Notes under the pieces: generated by a model
Seen by the model: only the letters and a program-made list of their open reading frames with translations
The model's database searches: none
Told to the model about the DNA's origin: nothing
Shown here: positions 55,093-64,000 of the stretch, in pieces
How positions within the stretch are numbered: position 1 is the first letter of the stretch
How the letters are laid out: every line of letters begins with the position of its first letter
Origin: Octopus vulgaris
Taxonomy: Eukaryota
Direction: 5' to 3'
Assembly: GCA_951406725.2 (NCBI GenBank)
Contig: OX597826.1
Coordinates: forward strand, 21,514,001 to 21,578,000
Length of the DNA stretch: 64,000 nucleotides
Made by a program: the position numbers and the translations under genes

Positions 55093-55629
55093 CCTACAGA
55101 GTCTGTTGCCATGCAGTAATTAAGGACATGTGATATGAATGTAACTCAACACTTTCTCCAAGATTGCTTTAATAAAAGATGGAGTTTTTTTAACCTTGAT
55201 GAATTACAGAGAAGCTGGAAACCAGACAGCTTCTACATACTCACACACTCTGCTAGACATAGTAGCCAAATCTATCTCAGATCACATCCTCGTGTTTTAT
55301 AATTATAAAAAAATATGAAGGACACATTTAATCATGTAGTCTTTGATAGACTATGCTGATAAAAAATGGACATGGTCATCAAAGACAGTGGACGGATGGC
55401 AGAATCATCAGAACATTGGACAAAATACTTGAAGTAATTAGTTAGATGTCATTCTGAGTTCAAACCTTTGCTATGATTAATTCTGCCCTTCACCATTCCA
55501 CAATCAATAAAATAAAATACCAGTCATATATGGTGGTTGATTTCATATTTCTATAAACTAAAATTCATCAATGCAACTGAAATTATAAAAGAAGACAGAA
55601 GCTAGAATAACTTTTGGATTTGATTAACC

Positions 55630-55870
55630 AAGGCTGACTTGGGGTCCATCTGAGAGGGACATGGGAAGATGTAGGGGTTGACTTGTGGATGACCTATAGT
55701 TGACTTGGGGCTGACCTGGGGTTGATCCAGGGCTGACTTGTGGCTGAAATGTAACTCATTTAGAGAAAAAAAGGGGGAAGAGCTTTGGGCAAAACTAGAG
55801 CAGAAATGGGTCTGACTGAGATTAAGCTGTAGCTAAACTAGAGCCGGGCTGTGATGATTTGTAACTGACC
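55630..55870. repeat. Degenerate ~11-bp tandem repeat (ggctgacttgg)
   Basis: Direct reading. Confidence 0.6.
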
Positions 55871-56260
55871 GGTGGATGACCTGTGAATTTCATGAAACTG
55901 GAGTGGAAGCTGATCTAAACAACACCAAAGAATAATCCTGTTTTTATCTTCTTAATGGATGTGATGTAATGGTAACAGCAAGCCATTGCATTCATCACTG
56001 GTATAAAACAACAACAGTGTATCATCATCACCATCATCATCACCACTACTTCCACCACCACTATCATTTCATCATCATCGTCGCCGTCATCATCATTGTC
56101 ATCATCGTCGTCGTCGTCATGACCACCACTGCTACTGCCATCACATCAACTATTTCAATGTTTGAGGAATTTATGTTGAAGTAAATGTAGTTTGCTTCTG
56201 GTAACATAAACATATTTTGTATAACAGGGACTGCTGCTGCTGCTGCTGCTGTTGTTGTTG

Positions 56261-56292
<32 letters not shown>

Positions 56293-56459
56293 GGTGGCGG
56301 CGGTTTTGGTGGAGGTGGTCAGATTAGTTCTCCTCACAAAAACAGAATAAATTGTTCTATGGTGTAGAAGAATCAAAATGGAGCATTTTAAGAGAGACAG
56401 AGCATTTGCAATTGTAATTTACTTTCATTAATTATTAAATAATCATTTTATACTTTCAG

Positions 56460-56599
56460 GGTTAATATGGTCTGAGATCAAGCAGATCTGGATGCAGGGA
56501 GCTCTGGAATATATTCATGACATGTGGAACATTTTGGATTTTGTTACCAATTCTCTCTACATGGCAACATTTACACTTCGACTTCTTGCATTCATAGAA
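56460..56599 (+). CDS. TRPC: TRPC channel coding exon 5 (S2-S3)
   Basis: (G)LIWSEIKQIWMQGALEYIHDMWNILDFVTNSLYMATFTLRLLAFIE. Acceptor tactttcag, donor GTAAAT; 140 nt, phase 1/0. Confidence 0.96.
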
Positions 56600-58721
56600 G
56601 TAAATAAGCTTTCCATATTATTATTATTGTTCTTGTTGTTGTTGTTTCATAAACAAACCCTCATCATATTTACGAATTTTATTCCATATTCATGTTAGAA
56701 AAATAAAATGGAAAAAAATACATGTTTCCAAAAGTTCAAAATATTAAGGATACTTATGTTTTAATCCATTAATCCTACCAAATCGATATATTTTAGTACA
56801 AAAATTAAACAAAGTATTGATTTAATGTTTACAGTTTGATTTCTGTTTCAATTAATCGCATTTAAGTTTTGATGCATCTTTCAATGAATCTTACGGTCTG
56901 GTATTTCCCACGCATCCTCTGTCTATATTAAGATCCTTTATGTGTGCACATAAAGTTTTTAAAAAGAAATAGAACATTTTTTTTTAATTGCAAATGATTT
57001 CCTTAATGGAAGCGTACATACTTTTCAAAGATTAAATTTGCAACCAAGAAAATTTCTGTTGCAGGCACAGTAATAAATTTGCAGGAAATATTACTTCCAG
57101 AGTGTTGCCAAAAGAGACCACCACTACTTTCATCAGCCACTTGTGGTCAATATGTCACATAGTTTTTACTTTTAATCTAAGTTATCAGAATTTTATTAAG
57201 TTTTAGACTCAGAAAAGAAGAAAACCTCCATTTCCTATATTTTGCTCCCTTCTTCTCAAACTATTCCTCTTCACTCACCGTGATTTATCTCACAGAAATC
57301 CCAGCCTGGTTTATAGAAAACCCAATCTTTCCATCTTTGAATCTTAGATTGAGATAACAATGGAGTGTTTTATATATCTCTTGCCTGACTGTAAACGCAA
57401 AGATATAGCACAGACATGGAATTGCTTCGTTTCGACTTTCATCGAAATTTTTCTATTTCTGGCACTTAAGAAACAAAGATTTTATTGTCGAGTCAGTCAC
57501 TCTTCTCACATTTCAGTTTTTCACTCACTTTTTGAAGAAATATTTCCAAGTTATTTATAAATATTCAAACCTAATGAAAATAATTAAACCTAATATTCTG
57601 AAACATTTTCTGTTTTGATTTACAAACAAAATACATGTTTAAATATTGCAGCATCTGCAAAAGTCACCAAAGTACTTTTAGCTTAAAATTCCATTCTTGA
57701 AGACAAATCAGCCAGGATCAGCAAATTAACACCAATTCCATCTGTTCCACATTATTTCAGTTGGAGACTTTAACTCTGTCTTCAGTTCCATTAGTAAAGT
57801 CCATTCTACTGCTGGCATCCAGGTCATGGGTCTGAGGTGAGGGTAACAACTTCCTCTCTCACTCTCCTCCTCCTCTCAATCTCAGAGACCCTAAAAAGGA
57901 GCAAAGGTGTGCCCTAACCCCTCTGATTAAGCTGTCAAAATACATTAACAAAATATTGAATCAAATAAATATATATAATTTCAGAATTATTCCTTGTCTT
58001 TTTACAACATTGAACACATCATGTTTTTAAAATTCTCCAGACTCTGCACACCAACCTATGACTCTCTTTAGTTGTCAAAATTCAGACTTCATTAAATAAT
58101 TGAATAATCAAATAGTTAAGCTCAATAAAAACCTCAGGATAATGGAGGAGAGACAATATGAAATACTTAACTGGTCCAGGGTGTGTATTCTGGATGGGTT
58201 GGGTCTGTGCCACATACCCACAAAAATGATAAATGTTCTGTTATTCTGTTGGAATTCTATTTCTTCCATGCTATGATATAATCTGGCAGTGTTTGTTTGT
58301 TTTTTATTCTAAGAATAGAGATTGAGAAACATGGATTACATCAAGGTGAGGTTGTCTTGTGAAGTGGAATAGAGCAAAGTTTGCATGTTTGTTTATAGAA
58401 CTGAAATGAATTCAATAAAGTAGGACATCTTGGAGCAACAACCACAGAATGACTGCATTCTGGCAATAGATATATTATGATAGCAACAACAATAACAACA
58501 AGAACAACAGAAGCTATGTGACATAGTTATGAGTGAACTGGTAATGATTTACAATAATTAGAAAATAATTTACAATAATTAGAAAATATCTCTAACAGAG
58601 AGTATATAGTTAGTGCCTTGTAATTAAAAAGATTGGTTTGACTAAAATGAGAATGTGATTTATTTTTAGTATGGTATCAAAAACTCTTTCTCCTGACAGG
58701 CAACACAAAACATATATATGT

Positions 58722-58764
<43 letters not shown>

Positions 58765-58787
58765 CATATTATATATATATAAACATA

Positions 58788-58858
<71 letters not shown>

Positions 58859-58861
58859 ATT

Positions 58862-59283
58862 ATATGTAGAAAAATACAAACTGGGACAAGAACGTAAAAC
58901 ATTTAGAAGACAATACAAAAAACACGGACGGGACATTCGGAGCCTTCAATCTTCAGTCAAGAACCGGATCATCGTAGCAATTTCGGCTGATTAATCTTGA
59001 GATCGCTCCGATCCGGCCAGCCCCAAGGAAAAACTAAGCATTAGAAAAACTAAGCTACAAGCATTAGATTTCTTGGAAGAAGGATCGAATGTATACGAAA
59101 CAGGGACAGAAAAACGGACGATGCCACATGAATATAGAATACAAAAATCAATAATGAAATACAAAAAACAATAATAGTAAAAACAGGACGAAAACAGCAG
59201 GTGTCTTACGACTATTAATAGTACAACAAGTTTAGCTAGCGTATTTGGAAAAAATGCCTTTTCGGCAGACAAAGGCAGAATAT
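58862..59283. mobile_element. Interspersed repeat inserted in (TA)n, possibly a Penelope-like terminal repeat
   Basis: CpG-containing (so probably young), A-rich block with long (TA)n on both sides. Confidence 0.45.
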
Positions 59284-59284
59284 A

Positions 59285-59328
<44 letters not shown>

Positions 59329-59464
59329 AACATATATATATGTACATATATATATATATATATATACTCAAAATAAGTAACTGATTTTATTTTGAGCTGG
59401 GCAGATAATATCGGACTGACTTAATGCTCCAACTTAAGTACTTAATTCAACTGAATCTCAATTG

Positions 59465-59511
<47 letters not shown>

Positions 59512-59537
59512 TATATTGTCCTTAATGTACATTTCAG

Positions 59538-59887
59538 GTGTACCATGAGAGAGCAGCAAACAACCCTTATGCTTATGAAGAACGAAAACACTGGGATGCT
59601 TACGATCCAAACCTTATTGCAGAAGCCTTGTTTGCTGGTGCCAATATTTTCAGTTCCTTAAAATTAATCTATATTTTCACAATAAATCCCCACCTGGGAC
59701 CTCTACAGATCTCCCTTGGTCGAATGGTGGCAGATATTGTCAAGTTTATATCAGTATATTTCCTCGTACTCTTCTCCTTTGCCTGTGGATTGAACCATCT
59801 CTACTGGTACTATGCTGCTCTCCGAGCAGAAGAATGTGAAGCTGGCGTTACGCATTCATGTGATATCAAATACAGAAGTTTTGCAAA
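59538..59887 (+). CDS. TRPC: TRPC channel coding exon 6 (S4, S4-S5 linker, S5, pore turret); gene continues beyond the window
   Basis: RKHWDAYDPNLIAEALFAGANIFSSLKLIYIFTINPHLGPLQISLGRMVADIVKF...SFACGLNHLYWYY. Acceptor acatttcag, donor GTAAGT; 350 nt, phase 0/2. No pore-helix/S6/TRP-box exon was seen before 64000. Confidence 0.97.
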
Positions 59888-60169
59888 GTAAGTATTATTA
59901 GCACTTCATTAATATTCATATGCTAATCAATATTCAGATACTAATTAATATTCATATATCAATTGATGTTCATGTATAAATAATATGATTTCTCTATAAC
60001 AAAACAATAAGCTTACAACCAATAAAATGGTCTTTCTATAAAGCAGAGTTCTTTCAACTGCAGGCTGTGAGTTTAATATGATGGCTGTATCTATTGTGTT
60101 AATGGAGCATGGCTGTGAGGGTTAAGATTCTTGATTCATAATTACATAGCTCTAGGTTCAATCTTAGTG

Positions 60170-60236
<67 letters not shown>

Positions 60237-60376
60237 TAGAGTTAATCCAAAAATTGAAATAACTCAATACATTTTATAATGTGCAATCTATTTTATTCTG
60301 AAGATAAGCACAAAAATTGCACCAATATTTCAAGAACTTTCTTTCCTACAGGACAAAAATATATACATGTTTATAT

Positions 60377-60410
<34 letters not shown>

Positions 60411-60414
<4 letters not shown>

Positions 60415-60592
60415 GGAGAGTTTACGAAAAAAACAAAAGACGAAGACAGGTGGTGTACAAAACAAACAGGTGTATTAGTATAACACTCAGGAATAGTAAA
60501 AGTCTTTTGTTTCGAGCCTACGCTCTTCTACAGAAAGGGATACAGAAAAAACAAGGAGAGAAAAAAAAATGTGTGTAGTGGCTAACGATCTA
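60411..60592 (-). mobile_element. ~200-bp hammerhead-bearing repeat with a variant core
   Basis: Minus strand tttCTGTAGA-AGAGCGTAGGCTC-GAAAC-aaaagactttt; (TA)n on both sides. Confidence 0.7.
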
Positions 60593-61499
60593 TGTATATA
60601 TATATATACACATACATATAAAACACGCAAGCACACACATATATATAGCCATTGTCTAAAAATTCAGATTGCAACAATTTACAACCAACCTTAGTTCTTC
60701 AATACAAAGAATAGTATTTTTCTTGTTTTTTTGCCCATTGAATTATTGTATTTCTTCTCCTTTTTCTCTTTCCTCTCCTTTTTCTTTTTCTCTTCTTTCT
60801 TCTCCTTTTCTTCTTTCTTCTCTTTCTTCTCCTCCTCCTCTGTCTTATTCTCTACTTCCCCCACTCCCACATAATCTTCATTTACATTTACCTAGTATTA
60901 AGCTATACTCTTATATTACTGTTGTTCATATGATGTCAATGTTGTTTTACATTTGAAAAATATCACTTTGTAACATGATTATATTTGAAATAATGTTTAA
61001 AACTGTTCAAAACTATGTATGCATAATGATGCAAAATGGTGCACAATGCTGCACAATGCTGTATAATGATGCAATGTGATGTATTGCCATGCACATGTTT
61101 TTCATGACTATTTTGCATTCCACTGCAAGTTTTTGCTTTTGCATTCTTCTTCTTGTTATTATTATTATTTGCTCTTTCACCTTTTCAGCCAATTCACAAT
61201 TTCATATTCTTGCCAGAATATTAAAAATTTTAGAGATTATTGAGTAATGATTGAAGGATTACAAGAATAGGTGAATAAGGTTGAGTGATGTAAGGAATTA
61301 GAGATATTGTTACTTGCAAAGAGAAAAGAATACTGGATGGTTATTTAGTAATGTGTAAAATATATTTTATGCTGAGAATTTCAACATAAAGCACTTTTTA
61401 GTTCAAGAAACTTAAAGTAGTAAAGTTATATGGAATTTCTAGAATTATAATATACATACATACATATATACATACACATAAGATATAGATAATACATAT

Positions 61500-61550
<51 letters not shown>

Positions 61551-62274
61551 ACAAATTACTTCAGTTAAGTTTATATCCCTTTCAGTTAGAAAAAGAAAAT
61601 AAAAAGTAAATGGTAATCTTGAAGAAAAGGGGAGATAATTTCAAATCATTAAGAATTAATTTCACAAAATTCATTTATATGTTTTCTGGGAAATCTTTGT
61701 GAATAAAATGGCAGCTACAGACATGTTTTGATGTAGTGATACAATATAAGTAAGATTGTTTAGTCTTGTTGGAGACAACCTAACCAGTGCTTGTAGCATG
61801 AAAAAAATGCACCTAGTCCTGGATATAAAAAGGTATAGTCATAGAAAGGACATACAACCATAAAAACCATGAACTCCCACTAAAAAGAAATGGCACAGAC
61901 AATAGCTAAGATGGCTGGTTTTTGTTTGCTGAGGTGTGTGCCGGAAGAGAAGAATTTCAGACAAATGAAACAGATGTAAAATGATGATGAGGAGGAGGTG
62001 GTGGAGGCATCATATCAGCTGTCTAACTTTCAGGACAAACAGACAGCAATGATGTCTAGATAAGCTGATTGGGTCTACAACTATGATAAAATGTAGTTAG
62101 CTTAAATAATACGATTTTTGTCTCGGATGACATCTAGAAGAGACCTTGGCATTAGTTTTCAGTGATGTTTATGTTTGATATACTTTAGTTGGTGTTCAAT
62201 AAATGAAGTTAGTTCGATAATTTCACTAGAAGCATATTCTCTTTTCCTTATATAACAAAGAAAATTTCTTTTTA

Positions 62275-62410
62275 TCTTCTTCTTCTTCTAACCGCTCAGT
62301 CAAAGTTGACTCTCGGTCACTCGTTGGATCAGTGTCCTCCAGTCAGTTCTATTCTGGGCCGCTTCAGTATCACTCATAATGGTGTCAAGCCAGCGGGTTC
62401 TTGGTCGGCC
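62275..62410 (-). mobile_element. RTE LINE extreme 3' end with (GAA)n tail
   Basis: Minus strand GRPRTRWLDTI...NRTDWRTLI. Confidence 0.7.
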
Positions 62411-62543
62411 TTTTTTTTATCAGGATCTCATTATTACAAGACTAATAAGTTTTATTATAGGACTATATATTAAGGTTTATTAGAGCTGAAAGCATTTACA
62501 GAGATTTAAATGTTTTAAACTTATTTCTTTTAAACATTATTAA

Positions 62544-62752
62544 CCCTTTAGCATCCAGCTTACTCTTTAAAATGTAATGCTTCTTTATTGACATTGTTTT
62601 GAATTAATCCTACATCATCTCAAAGCTCTGTGATTTCAATGATTTTTTAGAATGTCATTGTAAGGCAGGAGTGAGAGGTGGAATCTGGTCAGATTGAACA
62701 TAAACCAAATGGAATATTTGGGCCGAATATGGCCAGTTTAAATGCTAAAGGG
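62544..62752. mobile_element. piggyBac-like MITE (partial copy at 26499-26645)
   Basis: TTAA|ccctttagcat ... atgctaaaggg|tttt; CCC...GGG termini with TTAA on the left. Confidence 0.75.
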
Positions 62753-63840
62753 TTTTATTGCAGTAGAAAGCATTTACACAAGTTTTAAACTTATCCTCAA
62801 AATATTCAGAAAGTTTAATTTGAATTCATCAAACCTGTGTACTGCAATTCATTCAGACAAACATCTAAACATATTCATAATTTAAAATATTACATTATTG
62901 AACTAAACAAAATAATAACAGCTTAATAATCAATGAAAATGCTTTATTAATGAAAATATTATCAGCTTATGTCAACCAGCCTTCAATCCAGAAGGAATTC
63001 TTCAAGTAGAATAAAACTTTAGTTTACCCTTTCACTTTTAGTTGTGTTTCAAAGTAAACCAATAAAATTATTATATTTCCATAAACAGAATATGAAATCG
63101 ATTTTGTTGCAGTAAAAAGCCAAGCCATGTGTGCTACACGCATTTTGTTTGATTCAACACCTGGTTTGTGATTTTATTCCACCCCAACACCACCCCTCAC
63201 TTACCTGTGGTTTCTATTCATATTTGTGTTTTGGGAAACGACTACATCTTCATGCCTAGCAAAAGCTTTGTGCAAGTCAAGTGCATTCCTCATCAGGAAA
63301 TCTGAAATAATGAATGGCAATGGTTGGTTTGGATATTCAAAGATAGTCAGAGCATTTTAATTGGTTGTGAAGGTGGTCAGGTGACTGGTCATGTGATAGT
63401 ATTGTTAATGATATTCAATCATTAACTGCTGTCAGTAGTTAGTTACATGACCACTCACACAACCCCACCCTGCAAGACAAGTCACTTGATCAACATTATC
63501 ACATGACCAATCATGGTTCTAATTCAATGTTAATTAATATGTTGATTCCTGATTGGTCATGTGATAATGGTGAACATGTGACTGGTCATGTGGGAGATAG
63601 CATCTGTTTTTTATGTCCATTATCAAGACATGAGTCAACAGGACTTGGAAGTTAAAAGGACGTTTGGTTGATGGTGGCAAGTTGAGATGAGTTTAGGTTT
63701 TTCATTTAAGATTGGGGGGAATATTGTGGAGTTTCAGACATCATAGAACTGTGTGGGGGGAGGGGGTGCACATGTGTGTGCGTGCATGCGTGTGTATGTG
63801 CATGTGTGTGTGTGTGGGGGGGTGCATGTGTGTGTGTGTG

Positions 63841-63895
<55 letters not shown>

Positions 63896-64000
63896 GCATT
63901 TGTATATACTTAAAAGCAATATTTATTAAAAGCAATGTTTATAAGCCAATCAGCAATGTTTTGCTGAATGACTTATAAACAAATCCCAGCTAAACAAAAT

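Noticed and set aside
56990-57130. Minus-strand peptide CKFITVPATEIFLVANLIFEK, faintly like a hAT dimerisation domain
   Set aside because: Too degenerate, and no TIRs were found.
58930-58990. Minus-strand CTGAAGA-ttgaaggctcc-GAATGTC (possible hammerhead)
   Set aside because: GAAT instead of GAAA, weak stem II and no stem I pairing; at most a decayed relic.

Overview
AT-rich, microsatellite-saturated eukaryotic genomic DNA, not prokaryotic. The repeat content (tRNA/Meta-type SINEs, RTE, Dong/R4, Tx1, very dense di-, tri- and tetranucleotide repeats) suggests an octopus or other coleoid cephalopod; this is inference. One real gene is visible: a + strand TRPC-family (TRP/TRP-gamma-like) cation channel. 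Six phase-consistent GT-AG coding exons span 46940-59887 (about 565 codons: ankyrin repeats, Zn-binding TRP_2 region, S1-S5), and the gene continues past the window. Nearly all other ORFs in the track are microsatellite artefacts or decayed transposons. The most interesting structure is a set of mobile elements that each appear tied to their own microsatellite. (1) A Tx1/L1-clade LINE has three copies ending in (ATCT)n/(GATA)n, with GATA-type repeats on both sides of two copies. (2) A Dong/R4 LINE sits in (TAA)n. (3) An unclassified ~550-bp non-coding element occurs four times at (TAA)n-type tracts. (4) (TA)n-associated Penelope-type elements carry hammerhead ribozyme cores, including an intact-looking one at 31586-31701 with a long stem II. 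Also present are mariner/maT remnants, several MITEs and short locally templated duplications. Repeat boundaries were read by eye and are approximate unless stated otherwise.
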